Positions 36,145 to 49,789 of a stretch of DNA of 64,000 nt are shown piece by piece (position 1 is the stretch's first letter; every line of letters begins with the position of its first letter). The position numbers and the translations under genes are program-made. The DNA comes from Macrostomum lignano (lineage: Eukaryota): the NCBI GenBank assembly GCA_002269645.1, contig NIVC01000199.1, forward strand, positions 496,001 through 560,000, written 5' to 3'. The notes beneath the pieces are model-generated. The model saw only the letters and a list, made by a program, of their open reading frames with translations. It did no database searches and was not told the DNA's origin.

Positions 36145-36609
36145 ATCCGCTCCCATCTAGTGTGGAATTTCATCAGCAGCCGGGTGTCACTCTCCTATCT
36201 GAACTTTCCTGTCGATTGTAACGTCGGAGGAGCCACGAAATTCTCTCGGGCGGTAGCGGACACGATCCCCGTGATGTCCAGCTCTGGCAACGCATTGGCC
36301 CGCATCCTTGACCCAGGCTCTACCCTAATCATGAAGATCGACATCGAAGGTGGAGAAGCAGATTTTTTGAAAACTTCCTACCAACTTTTTGATAACTTTT
36401 CTATACCTGTAGTGCAGATGGAATGGCTTAGGCGGCATATGTCGCGCGATGAGCAGGTTTTTATGATGAATTTTTTTACTAGCAGAGGCTACGTGCCGAC
36501 ACTTGGCGGCAGTTTTGCCTCTCTGAGCACTGCTCGACTGGCTAGGTTCAATGGCGATATTGTTTGGACTAAGCTTAGCTTTTTTAACCAGGGCCATTTG
36601 TTTGCCTAG
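36145..36609 (+). CDS. FkbM-family methyltransferase, exon 4
   Basis: LIMKIDIEGGE...PVVQMEW...FFTSRGY...GDIVW; acceptor TTTCAG|ATC. Whole CDS 1182 nt = 393 aa. Confidence 0.85.
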   Translation: MRSHLVWNFISSRVSLSYLNFPVDCNVGGATKFSRAVADTIPVMSSSGNALARILDPGSTLIMKIDIEGGEADFLKTSYQLFDNFSIPVVQMEWLRRHMSRDEQVFMMNFFTSRGYVPTLGGSFASLSTARLARFNGDIVWTKLSFFNQGHLFA

Positions 36610-36617
36610 CATGACCT

Positions 36618-37059
36618 CGGATACTAAAATAACTGGATGAGCCACTCAGGCATAGTAAAACAGCTTTCTACTTTCAGTTCAGTAGCAAAGAAGAATATAT
36701 AAGTTATTTTATTAAATTGACGGCAGCTGTAATAGCTTTGATACGTTTTTAGAAGAAGTCCAAGTTTGCAGGCGTAAACAGCTAATTGGTTCAGCCAGAA
36801 TGTACATTGGCCAGTCCACTGAAATGTACATCGCAGCTTTAGGCTGGAATTCCGAGAAAGGCAATAAAATTGGGGCGGGGTGGGGGCTGGGGGTGGTGGG
36901 AAAGGCGCGGTTGGAGGGTTTAAGCTGGAGGAGGCAAGTGCCTTGGCTTTGCAAATGCGAGCTAGATTAGAATGCTTCTGTCTAACCTACTACTGAACTG
37001 AAAGTAGCTTACACGCAAATGTGCTGAGTGGCCCATCTAGATATTCTAGTGTCTGTGAG
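36618..37059. mobile_element. Possible small foldback/MITE just downstream of the FkbM stop
   Basis: Perfect 18 bp inverted repeat CTACTTTCAGTTCAGTAG (36668-36685 / 36990-37007) within longer imperfect inverted similarity; GCATGACC direct repeat flanks it. Confidence 0.4.
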
Positions 37060-37309
37060 CATGACCAAACTATTCAAAATTTAATTTATTAGACGGAAAA
37101 TTGTACTTTTAGCTTTTAGTTGCTTCCCTGTTTTTTTGTGCTAAGATTGAAGTGTCAGGACTTTCCGGTCAGTCCTATGCAACAGCTTTTTTGTCGTGTA
37201 TTATCGCTTTTATAGCGTAAATTTTCCTTTTGTATTACACACCCACACTTTTTTGACAATATTGGTCACGTTTCCATGTGAAAAAGTTAAAATGCATTTT
37301 TATCTAGGA

Positions 37310-38255
37310 AATATTATAGACATTGATCTAGCTACTGATGTAGATATTGTTCTAGCTACTGATGTAGACATTGATCTAGCTACAGATGTAGACATTGATC
37401 TAGCTACAGATGTAGACATTGATCTAGCTACTGATGTAGACATTGATCTAGCTACTGATGTAGACATTGATCTAGCTACTGATGTAGACATTGATCTAGC
37501 TACTGATGTAGACATTGATCTAGCTACTGATGTAGATATTGATCTAGCTACTGATGTAGATATTGATCTAGCTACTGATGTAGACATTGATCTAGCTACT
37601 GATGTAGACATTGATCTAGCTACAGATGTAGACATTGATCTAGCTACAGATGTAGACATTGATCTAGCTACTGATGTAGACATTGATCTAGCTACTGATG
37701 TAGACATTGATCTAGCTACTGATGTAGACATTGATCTAGCTACTGATGTAGATATTGATCTAGCTACTGATGTAGATATTGATCTAGCTACTGATGTAGA
37801 CATTGATCTAGCTACTGATGTAGACATTGATCTAGCTACTGATGTAGATATTGATCTAGCTACAGATGTAGACATTGATCTAGCTACAGATGTAGACATT
37901 GATCTAGCTACTGATGTAGACATTGATCTAGCTACTGATGTAGACATTGATCTAGCTACTGATGTAGATATTGATCTAGCTACTGATGTAGATATTGATC
38001 TAGCTACGACATTGATCTAGCTTCTGATTTAGATATTGATCTAGCTACTGATGTAGATATTGATCTAGCTACTGATGTAGACATTGATCTAGCTATTGCT
38101 GTAGACATTGATCTAGCTATTGTTGTAGACATTGATCTAGCTATTGTTGTAGACATTGATCTAGCTATTGTTGTAGACATTGATCTAGCTATTGTTGTAG
38201 ACATTGATCTAGCTATTGATGTAGACATTGATCTAGCTACTGATGTAGATATTGA
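37310..38255. repeat. Minisatellite, 24 bp unit (GACATTGATCTAGCTACTGATGTA)
   Basis: Tandem copies visible; yields the DIDLATDV repeat ORF. Confidence 0.95.
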
Positions 38256-38897
38256 CTGATCGAGAAATCTGCATCGATTAGAATTGAAATCCAAGGAAAA
38301 CCTAACCAATCTGTTGTGAGGAAGTATTTAAACGTCTTCATGTACATCGTATCAGTCAGTATTTGTGTTTTACCGGGCGCTCTAATTGAACTTTTTTAAA
38401 ATTGAATTATTCTATTTCAATGGCATCAATGCACACCGATTTTTGCATCCATTTTACTACCCCTAATTTTTCTTAATACTAAACTTTTTACTTTTTCGTT
38501 TACGTATTTCGTTTTTACCTTATAGCAAACACTACTCTTAGTTAGTAATTTTTTGCTATTTTGATGCTCGAACGAAAATGCTATTATGTTATTAAAAACA
38601 TACCTGTCGTGCGTCTTTTTGTGTGCATTTTGTCACTCTGCCGAGTCTTGAACTGGTGGCCCTCAATGTTTTTTATCTATGATTTCTGCTTTTGTTGCTA
38701 ATTAAATACACGTAGTAAGCCAGACAGTATATGCAACATCTATATCAGCAATAAACATATTAATTTAAATTGCATGCACCTAGTCAGACATGGCCCATAA
38801 AGTTTTCTGGTTGGCAACCTGCTTTTTAAATTCATTTTCGGTGGGCCTCGTATTGTCAAATGCAGATAGGGGTCTCAGCGGTTTAACGCGTCATAAC

Positions 38898-39560
38898 TAG
38901 GGATTAGGGATTGCAAAATCCCGGATTTTTGTGATCCCGGGATCCCGGGATTTAATCCCGAAATTTGGCCAATCCCGGGATTGAATCCCGGGATCAGAAT
39001 AATATAGATTTTTATGCTTCTAGGTTGAAATTTTAAGGCAAAATATGCGCTAAACGCTTTTTGCTTACTTTTTTATTGTTACAGAGATAATGATCTATGT
39101 GTAGATGGTAAACAGCATTATCTTGTGACCTATTGAAGTAAGTAGTATAAATGTACTAATTAGTAGTAAAGAAGCAAATCATATCAAAATTTAAATTGGA
39201 ATTAATTTCACATTTAAATCTGTGATGCGGGGTTTAAAAACGTGCCACACGACGTGAGGCAATTAACGGAAATTAGCGCAGTATAATAAAATTGTTGTGG
39301 GCCTAGTTATGTTTATATTACAGCACTTTGTAAAAATATTAACAAAAATTAGTGCCGGGATTTGGGTCCCGAATTCCGGGACTGGAAATCCCGGGACTTT
39401 GGCCCAATCCCGGGATTGCAATCCCTACTAGGGATTGCAAAATCCCGTTTTGTGCGATCCCGAGATTTAGTCCCGAAATTTGGCCAATCCTGGGATCAGA
39501 AAAATACAGATTTTCAAGCTTCTGGTTTGAAGTTTGTAGGCAAAATTTGAGCTTAACCTT
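38898..39560. mobile_element. hAT-like MITE (TAGGGATTGCAA...TTGCAATCCCTA, 38905..39427) followed immediately by the left end of a second copy
   Basis: TIRs and internal ATCCCGGGAT subterminal repeats visible; the second copy starts at 39429. No TSD seen. Confidence 0.65.
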
Positions 39561-40984
39561 TTTTTGCATGCCTGACGATGACGATAGGAAGTCAGTGCCG
39601 CTGTACACCTAAACAAAACGGGCGTTATCTCTCGTAAGCGTATAGAGCATGAATGTGTAGCTACGAGCTACAAGTTATGGCGCCCCGTTGACAACAGGTT
39701 AGTCGCTCCCAATATGGTACCTAATGCCTAATGGTAATTGGCACTCCGTGCAATTCTTTGTTTTTTATGACTTTAATTTTGATAGTTGTATTTTTCTCCG
39801 GGGGGGGGATCAGTCAACCTCCTGGACTGACTGCCTCAGCCTCAGTCTTGTATCTTATTTTATACGTGCTCGTATAAAGTTGAATGCACGAGGTTGAGGT
39901 CTGTTCTGTGCAGTGGGGGCAAGTGGCATTAGGAACTGAGGCCGGGCCGACTGTCACGTGACTTAAGTGTACATTTGTTTAATTGGCCGTAGACTGACTG
40001 TAAATTGGCCATGGGCTCATTCTTTATGGTGGTAACGGTGGGTGGGTGCCAGGGGCAATAAAAAGGTCCTCCAACTTGGCCGTGTGAATCCGAAGTGGTC
40101 TTTTCGTCCACCCCTCGCTCGCTCCACTTTGTTTTTAACAAGCGCTGTGGAATTGTTTGGGCCTGCCTGGAATTTAAAATTAGTCCTTAGTCTAAAAGAA
40201 ATGAGAAGACAAGGCCCCTAAAAATTAAGCGCAGGCAGAATAGAAATAACGAATCGGTGGAGGACACTGCGAATTTGTAGGCCTATAGCTCGTGTATTAA
40301 TAGATTTACATTGCCCGTCGCAAAGTACTAAGCTACCAAATAAAAATCGCCGTACGCCGTTACACTTCATGTATGCGTGAGTAGCGTAGCGTAACGTTAC
40401 TCGTACTGACGTTAAAGTGTCTGGATTCAATTTCGTGTGACTAATTGCTCTTTTAAATTTTAACTTCACTACGACTTACTTATAGCTTAACTTAGAAAAT
40501 CTGCATAGATAATCTTTATTGTACGAGCGTACATCTGTCATGCTATGGACTTTGTGCTGTAAAAAGCGATAAAAAGACAACGAAATTGTGCTCTTGCAAA
40601 GAAAATTTGTGGCTAAAGCAATGGCTGTTTGTGTGAACCCATTTGTTACAAAGGTAAGTGAAAAACATTATTTTCTCGCTATCTGCATCATGTATTGTAT
40701 ATAAGAACGATTTCTCTCACCTTTCAGTCAGAATTACGCAATTAATTATTAGTTGATTTCTAATCCTAGTATTTATCACCGTCCGTTTGAGTGACCTTCA
40801 CTTGTACCTTGGACAAGACATGCTCGGATCCGATGCTCTGTACAGTCGGTCGATTGCGTAAGTACATCTTGTAACGCAAAGTTTAAGAATCTGGTAATTT
40901 TCCAAGATGGATAAATGTATCATTGTCTTTTATTATGCTTATCATAACGTTAGCTCATATACTGTAGCTCATAACTGTAGCTGG

Positions 40985-43900
40985 CAGCCCACAGTTAAAG
41001 TATCAGCGGGGGGTTATTGCAGCCCACAGTTGAACTATCAGCGGGTGTTTATTGCAGCCCACAGTTGAAGTATCAGCTATCAGCGGTGGTTTATTGCAGC
41101 CCACAGTTGAACTATCAGCGGGTGTTTATTGCAGCCCACAGTTGAACTATCAGCGGGGGTTTATTGCAGCCCACAGTTGAACTATCAGCGGGTGTTTATT
41201 GCAGCCCACAGTTGAAGTATCAGCTATCAGCGGTGGTTTATTGCAGCCCACAGTTGAACTATCAGCGGGGGTTTATTGCAGCCCACAGTTGAACTATCAG
41301 CGGGTGTTTATTGCAGCCCACAGTTGAACTATCAGCGGGGGTTTATTGCAGCCCACAGTTGAACTATCAGCGGGTGTTTATTGCAGCCCACAGTTGAAGT
41401 ATCAGCGGGGGTTTATTGCAGCCCACAGTTGAAGTATCAGCGGGTGGTTATTGCAGACCACAGTTGAAGTATCAGCGGGGGTTTATTGCAGCCCACAGTT
41501 GAACTATCAGCGGGTGGTTATTGCAGACCACAGTTGAAGTATCAGCGGGGGTTTATTGCAGCCCACAGTTGAAGTATCAGCGGGGGTTTATTGCAGCCCA
41601 CAGTTGAACTATCAGCGGGGGGTTATTGCATACCACAGTTGAAGTATCAGCGGGGGTTTATTTCAGACCACAGTTGAAGTATCAGCTATCAGCGGGGGTT
41701 ATTTCAGACCACAGTTGAAGTATCATCGGGGGTTTATTGCAGCCCACAGTTGAAGTATCAGCGGGGGTTTATTGCAGCCCACAGTTGAACTATCAGCGGG
41801 TGGTTATTGCAGACAACAGTTGAAGTATCAGCGGGGGTTTATTGCAGCCCACAGTTGAACTATCAGCGGGTGGTTATTGCAGACCACAGTTGAAGTATCA
41901 GCGGGGGTTTATTGCAGCCCACAGTTGAAGTATCAGCTATCAGCGGGGGGTTATTGCAGACCACAGTATCAGCTATCAGCGGGGGGTTATTGCAGACCAC
42001 AGTATCAGCTATCAGCGGGGGTTTATTTCAGACCACAGTTGAAGTATCAGCTATCAGCGGGGGGTTATTGCAGACCACAGTTGAAGTATCAGCGGGGGGC
42101 TATTTCAGACCACAGTTGAAGTATCAGCTATCAGCGGGGGTTATTTCAGACCACAGTTGAAGTATCAGCGGGGATTTATTGCAGACCACAGTTGAAGTAT
42201 CCGCGGGGGTTTATTGCAGCCCACAGTTGAAGTATCAGCGGGGGTTTATTGCAGCCCACAGTTGAACTATCAGCGGGGGTTATTGCAGACCACAGTTGAA
42301 GTATCAGCGGGGGTTTATTTCAGACCACAGTTGAAGTATCAGCTATCAGCGGGGGGTTATTTCAGACCACAGTTGAAGTATCAGCGGGGGTTTATTGCAG
42401 CCCACAGTTGAAGTATCAGCGGGGGTTTATTGCAGCCCACAGTTGAACTATTAGCGGGTGGTTATTGCAGACAACAGTTGAAGTATCAGCGGGGGTTTAT
42501 TGCAGCCCACAGTTGAACTATCAGCGGGTGGTTATTGCAGACCACAGTTGAAGTATCAGCGGGGGTTTATTGCAGCCCACAGTTGAAGTATCAGCTATCA
42601 GCGGGGGGTTATTGCAGACCACAGTATCAGCTATCAGCGGGGGGTTATTGCAGACCACAGTATCAGCTATCAGCGGGGGGTTATTGCAGACCACAGTATC
42701 AGCTATCAGCGGGGGTTTATTTCAGACCACAGTTGAAGTATCAGCTATCAGCGGGGGGTTATTGCAGACCACAGTTGAAGTATCAGCGGGGGTTTATTTC
42801 AGACCACAGTTGAAGTATCAGCTATCAGCGGGGGGTTATTTCAGACCACAGTTGAAGTATCAGCGGGGATTTATTGCAGACCACAGTTGAAGTATCCGCG
42901 GGGGTTTATTGCAGCCCACAGTTGAAGTATCAGCGGGGGTTTATTGCAGCCCACAGTTGAACTATCAGCGGGGGTTATTGCAGACCACAGTTGAAGTATC
43001 AGCGGGGGTTTATTTCAGACCACAGTTGAAGTATCAGCTATCAGCGGGGGGTTATTTCAGACCACAGTTGAAGTATCATCGGGGGTTTATTGCAGCCCAC
43101 AGTTGAAGTATCAGCGGGGGTTTATTGCAGCCCACAGTTGAACTATCAGCGGGTGGTTATTGCAGACAACAGTTGAAGTATCAGCGGGGGTTTATTGCAG
43201 CCCACAGTTGAACTATCAGCGGGTGGTTATTGCAGACCACAGTTGAAGTATCAGCGGGGGTTTATTGCAGCCCACAGTTGAAGTATCAGCTATCAGCGGG
43301 GGGTTATTGCAGACCACAGTATCAGCTATCAGCGGGGGGTTATTGCAGACCACAGTATCAGCTATCAGCGGGGGTTTATTTCAGACCACAGTTGAAGTAT
43401 CAGCTATCAGCGGGGGTTATTGCAGACCACAGTTGAAGTATCAGCGGGGGTTATTTCAGACCACAGTTGAAGTATCAGCTATCAGCGGGGGTTATTTCAG
43501 ACCACAGTTGAAGTATCAGCGGGGATTTATTGCAGACCACAGTTGAAGTATCCGCGGGGGTTTATTGCAGCCCACAGTTGAAGTATCAGCGGGGGTTTAT
43601 TGCAGCCCACAGTTGAACTATCAGCGGGGGGTTATTGCAGACCACAGTTGAAGTATCAGCGGGGGTTTATTTCAGACCACAGTTGAAGTATCAGCTATCA
43701 GCGGGGGGTTATTTCAGACCACAGTTGAAGTATCAGCGGGGGTTTATTGCAGCCCACAGTTGAAGTATCAGCGGGGGTTTATTGCAGCCCACAGTTGAAC
43801 TATCAGCGGGTGGTTATTGCAGACACAGTTGAAGTATCAGCGGGGGTTTATTGCAGCCCACAGTTGAACTATCAGCGGGTGGTTATTGCAGACCACAGTT

Positions 43901-44530
43901 GAAGTATCAGCGGGGGTTTATTGCAGCCACAGTTGAAGTATCAGCTATCAGCGGGGGTTATTGCAGACCACAGTATCAGCTATCAGCGGGGGTTATTGCA
44001 GACCACAGTATCAGCTATCAGCGGGGGGTTATTGCAGACCACAGTATCAGCTATCAGCGGGGGTTTATTTCAGACCACAGTTGAAGTATCAGCTATCAGC
44101 GGGGGGTTATTGCAGACCACAGTTGAAGTATCAGCGGGGGTTTATTTCAGACCACAGTTGAAGTATCAGCTATCAGCGGGGGTTATTTCAGACCACAGTT
44201 GAAGTATCAGCGGGGATTTATTGCAGACCACAGTTGAAGTATCCGCGGGGGTTTATTGCAGCCCACAGTTGAAGTATCAGCGGGGTTTATTGCAGCCCAC
44301 AGTTGAACTATCAGCGGGGGTTATTGCAGACCACAGTTGAAGTATCAGCGGGGGTTTATTTCAGACCACAGTTGAAGTATCAGCTATCAGCGGGGGTTAT
44401 TTCAGACCACAGTTGAAGTATCAGCTATCAGCGGGGATTTATTGCAGCCCACAGTTGAACTATCAGCGGGTGGTTATTGCAGACCACAGTTGAAGTATCA
44501 GCGGGGGTCTATTGCAGACCACAGTTGAAG
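40985..44530. repeat. Satellite, ~35 bp unit (ATTGCAGCCCACAGTTGAAGTATCAGCGGGGGTTT) with higher-order structure
   Basis: 3.5 kb array; diagnostic variants recur about every 0.65-0.7 kb. Confidence 0.95.
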
Positions 44531-45194
44531 GATCATTGGAACCAAAAGGTTTTTCATTTGCGAGTCGTCGACCTATACTCTACACGAATATCCCGCCTTC
44601 ACCCCTATAAGTAGTATAACTACGTACAACCATGGTAAGGAAGTAACTTACCCTTTTATTTCTATTCAAACAGAGTTGCTTTTATTAAAAAAACTAACGA
44701 ACGCTTCAGAGTTTGACAGATTCCACTGTCAATATTATTGCAGATTCATACTTTCTCAGATATATTAGCATTTCTTGCATTCTATTTCTTAATTTTTATA
44801 CAAGAATAGAGAATTTCCAATCTTAACCCCACCAGAATCTATGATGAATATTCGCGGCCAATCAAGCAGTGGTCTATTCGAGGCGTCCAATGGTTTCTGT
44901 TTAGTAAGTCTGACCTCCCTGCAGTATCCGCCTGTCCTCTCTGTGAAGCTTCTGGCAAACTCAAAGCGTTTATAAAAATATCCTCTCTCTTCCCCATCTT
45001 TTCGAGTGTCATCCCATCGGACAGACTGTTGGTAACCCAATTCTTGTGTATAAATCTATAGATATAATTAATCTGTGTACAATTTATAAATATAAGTAGT
45101 TCCATTAACTTGATCTTCACTTTACAGTAAGTTAATGACGAATAAATATGCTGTAACAATTTTGCTATTAATAATGCATGCAGACATTTTCTAG

Positions 45195-46497
45195 AATTTA
45201 AACTAGAATCGCCCATTCTTTTAATCTAGAATCGCCCATCCTCCAATCTAGAATCGCCCATCCTCCAATCTAGAATCGCCCATCCTCCAATCTAGAATCG
45301 CCCATCCTCCAATCTAGAATCGCCCATCCTCCAATCTAGAATCGCCCATCCTCCAATCCAGAAGCGCCCATCCTCCAATCTAGAATCGCCCATGCTCCAA
45401 TCTAGAATCGCCCATTCTCCAATCTAGAATCGCCCATTCTCCAATCCAGAATCGCCCATGCTCCAATCTAGAATCGCCCATTCTTCAATCTAGAATCGCC
45501 CATCCTCCAATCTAGAATCGCCCATCCTCCAATCTAGAATCGCCCATCCTCCAATCTAGAATCGCCCATCCTCCAATCTAGAATCGCCCATTCTCCAATC
45601 TAGAATCGCCCATCCTCCAATCTAGAATCGCCCATCCTCCAATCCAGAATCGCCCATCCTCCAATCTAGAATCGCCCATCCTCCAATCTAGAATCGCCCA
45701 TGCTCCAATCTAGAATCGCCCATTCTCCAATCTAGAATCGCCCATGCTCCAATCTAGAATCGCCCATTCTCCAATCTAGAATCGCCCATTCTCCAATCTA
45801 GAATCGCCCATGCTCCAATCTAGAATCGCCCATTCTCCAATCTAGAATCGCCCATCCTCCAATCTAGAATCGCCCATTCTCCAATCTAGAATCGCCCATC
45901 CTCCAATCTAGAATCGCCCATCCTCCAATCCAGAATCGCCCATCCTCCAATCTAGAATCGCCCATCCTCCAATCTAGAATCGCCCATCCTCCAATCCAGA
46001 AGCGCCCATCCTCCAATCTAGAATCGCCCATGCTCCAATCTAGAATCGCCCATCCTCCAATCTAGAATCGCCCATCCTTCAATCTAGAATCGCCCATCCT
46101 CCAATCTAGAATCGCCCATCCTCCAATCTAGAATCGCCCATGCTCCAATCTAGAATCGCCCATCCTCCAATCTAGAATCGCCCATTCTCCAATCCAGAAG
46201 CGCCCATCCTCCAATCTAGAATCGCCCATCCTCCAATCTAGAATCGCCCATCCTCCAATCCAGAAGCGCCCATCCTCCAATCTAGAATCGCCCATCCTCC
46301 AATCTAGAATCGCCCATGCTCCAATCTAGAATCGCCCATTCTCCAATCTAGAATCGCCCATCCTCCAATCTAGAATCGCCCATCCTCCAATCTAGAATCG
46401 CCCATTCTCCAATCTAGAATCGCCCATCCTCCAATCTAGAATCGCCCATCCTCCAATCTAAAATCGCCCATCTTCCAATCTAGAATCGCCCATTCTT
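45195..46497. repeat. Minisatellite, 22 bp unit (AATCTAGAATCGCCCATCCTCC)
   Basis: Tandem copies visible. Confidence 0.95.
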
Positions 46498-46797
46498 TCC
46501 CTTTTAGTTATAAAAAAGCTTAAAGTGAATCTTCAACTTTTGTCGTGTAAGTATTTGTAGAAATTTTTCTGAACAGAGAAGTTCACAACTTTCACATTGT
46601 GACTGCACGATGGTATATACAAACGGCCATCTGGTCTGATTTCCCACGGGACTAATATAGGCAGCTGCAAGTCTGTTAGATTTGGTTCGATGCTAACTGT
46701 ATTGCTTATATGAGTATATTTTATCTCTGATGAAATCTATAAATTTTGCCTAACAACAGCGGACTCTTATTAGTTTCTCAGGTATGAGTGTAAGTAT

Positions 46798-47162
46798 AAC
46801 CCTGTCACTGACACCAATTTCTTAGAGTGCCGTGTCACTGATACCGATTTCTTAGAATCGCCCTGTCACTGATACCAATTTCTTAGAATCGCCCTGTCAC
46901 TGATACCAATTTCTTAGAATCGCCGTGTCACTGATACCGATTTCTTAGAATCGCCCTGTCACTGATACCAATTTCTTAGAATCGCCCTGTCACTGATACC
47001 AATTTCTTAGAATCGCCCTGTCACTGATACCGATTTCTTAGAATCGCCCTGTCACTGATACCAATTTCTTAGAATCGCCCTGTCACTGATACCAATTTCT
47101 TAGAATTGCCCTGTCATACCCATTTCTTAGAATCGCCCTGTCACTGATACCAATTTCTTAGA
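46798..47162. repeat. Minisatellite, 31 bp unit (CCTGTCACTGATACCAATTTCTTAGAATCGC)
   Basis: Tandem copies visible. Confidence 0.9.
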
Positions 47163-47944
47163 ATCTTTGACTTAGAGAACCCCCTCTATGCATGTATCTC
47201 ATGCGAGATTAAATCTATTTCCTATTCTTTATAACAAGTAATGAGTAGAATTGCCCAGGTGTTATTATTTCCTATATCCGATTATCTTCTAAGCCATCCT
47301 TTTACGAGTGCGGACCGGCCTACTTTATTGAACGATGTTCCCGACTGCCAAGTTCAGAGCATGGGCAAACCGTTCCCCTTTTCCCTATAGCCCTCAACCA
47401 GCTAGCTGCATAGCCTCAATCGATTCGAGCTTCAAAACTCTTTCTTGGCTGGCCCTCTCTCCCACCCTGTACCCCTCATTTTTATTTGACAGATTTGTTG
47501 TGTAGCCTGGATCCGCAGGCAGCCCCCTTTCGGAGTCAAGGAAGGCTGAGCAAACACCCGTGATGCAGCTTGCCTTTTCCGCTCTTAATGGAAAGAACAG
47601 GAGCGAACTGCCTGCAGTATACTTTAGATTTTTTTATTGGGCAGCTTAAAGTGCCTTGCCTTCTTTGATTGTCGGAATCCTTTTTTGCACAGTGCTAAGC
47701 AATGCAAATAGATTTAGATTTGGACTTGGGAATTATTTACAAGTCTTTAAACCAATTTTATAAACCTCAAAATGATCGCGTGTTTTTTTAATAATCACTC
47801 TTCTCTTGAAAGCATCGCCCTGTCCTTAAAAGAATCGCCGTGTCCTTGCAATAATCACCGTGTCCTTCAAAGAACCACCGGGTCCCCTATTATCATATGA
47901 ATCGCCCCAATATCAAAACCATCGCCCTATTATAATTTTTAATA

Positions 47945-48290
47945 AGAATCGCCTTATTATCATAAGAATCGCCTCATTATCATAAGAATCGCCTTATTAT
48001 CATAAGAATCGCCTCATTATCATAAGAATCGCCTCATGATCATAAGAATCGCCTCATGATCATAAGAATCGCCTCATTATCATAAGAATCGCCTCATTAT
48101 CATAAGAATCGCCTCATTATCATAAGAATCGCCTCATTATCATAAGAATCGCCTCATTATCATAAGAATCGCCTCATTATCATAAGAACGCCTCATGATC
48201 ATAAGAACGCCTCATGATCATAAGAACGCCTCATTATCATAAGAACGCCTCATTATCATAAGAACGCCTCATTATCATACGAATCGTCCT
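47945..48290. repeat. Minisatellite, 20 bp unit (CATAAGAATCGCCTCATTAT)
   Basis: Tandem copies visible. Confidence 0.9.
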
Positions 48291-49789
48291 ATTATCTCAG
48301 GAATCGTAGGAATCCTCAGTAGCGGTATAATTCAGGGTGAGCAGCCTACTCAACTTTTATTAATCCCAACTCCTAGCCCCTAACCCTGCCCCTCTATAGA
48401 CTGCATGGCTGGCGGAAGTTTAATCCCGTTTCCCCAACCCCTTGCCTCCTCACCGCCGCCCAAACCAGCTGCAGCTGCAGCCTGAGAGTCCCGTATTTTT
48501 ATATCCGAGCGATAAACCGCCCCCTCGACTCCCACCCCAACTTCCGAGCCCACTGGTGCCTCTCAATTAATTCAGGTTTTGGTCGTCTGCCTCCCTGCCT
48601 GATGCAGCTGCTGCTGCTGCTATCCGGTGGGAGCCGCAGCATGGCTAAAAGAACGGTCTAAGGGGACGGGGGTTTCTGCTTCAGCCAGGGGCTGGGCTCC
48701 TCGGAGTTCGGCATGCTATAGAATCGATCGATTGAGTTGCACTGGATCAGTAAAATTGCGACTCATCTAGCTTATCTTGTCCGGTCGCTTTTAGTGCTCT
48801 TGTTTCTTTAATCCTTAGCCATTATGTTTGTGGCCGCATCAATACCTTCATCTTCAGTCTCTATCTTTCCGTCATCATCTCTTCACAAGAATTACCCAGT
48901 TACCCTCGCATTGGAAGAGTCTCTCTCGTGTGCTCTGTTTGCCACTTGTATTTGCTGTTTGTTTTTAGTTTCTGGCTTGCTTTATTACTTAGCATTATGT
49001 TTATGGCCGCGTCAATACCGTCTTTTACCACCCCAGCAACACACAGACTCCTTTTTCCCTGCTTCACTGTTCTCTCCTCTCCTCATCCCTGTTTAGCCTC
49101 TGTTTACCTCTCTTCATTACTCTCTTGATAACACTTCTATGTTTATTCCCTCCATCCCCTGTTACCCTCTCTCCATCCCCTGTTTATCCCCTCTCTATCC
49201 CCTGTTTATCCCATCTCTATCCCCTGTTTATCCTCTCCATCCCCTGTTTATCCCCTGTTTATCCCCACTGTTATTCACTCTCAGTCTGTCTCTGTCGTCT
49301 CTTTCAGTCTCACCCGATTTCTTTCCCTCCCTATTCTCTGTGATCGTTAGCTATTAAGAAACCGTCTGGGTCTCAGTGTTGCACTGGCAGTGCTCACGCG
49401 GTGCAAAGTGTATAGTGCGGATCGGCCTTCCTGCCTTGCGAGTGATTTATTGCTTAGCCGACAGTCCTGTAGCTCCTTCCTGACTGCCTGACCGAGTCAG
49501 TGGCAGTCTGTATAGGGGCGGATGCGAGCAGTTGAAAGGCCCACAAGATAAAACTGTTTGCTTGCAGAATGCTATATAATCGATGGCGGAATTAGACGCA
49601 TGAAATATCCCCAGAGCGCTGAGAAAGAAATTCGCCCTCTCGCTTCTGCATTTAACAATGAGTCCCCGCTGCTTAGTAAACACGCATGAGTTTGCAATGC
49701 GTATTATTTTCTTCTCGGACTTGCTTGAAAAGCTAATAATTCGTTGCTAGCTGGCTGGCTAATTCAGGGAACGACACTCAAATTAAGAG

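Noticed and set aside
37196-38020. 274 aa ORF of DIDLATDV repeats as a real protein
   Set aside because: It is a 24 bp minisatellite that happens to lack stops, with no non-repetitive domain or splice context.
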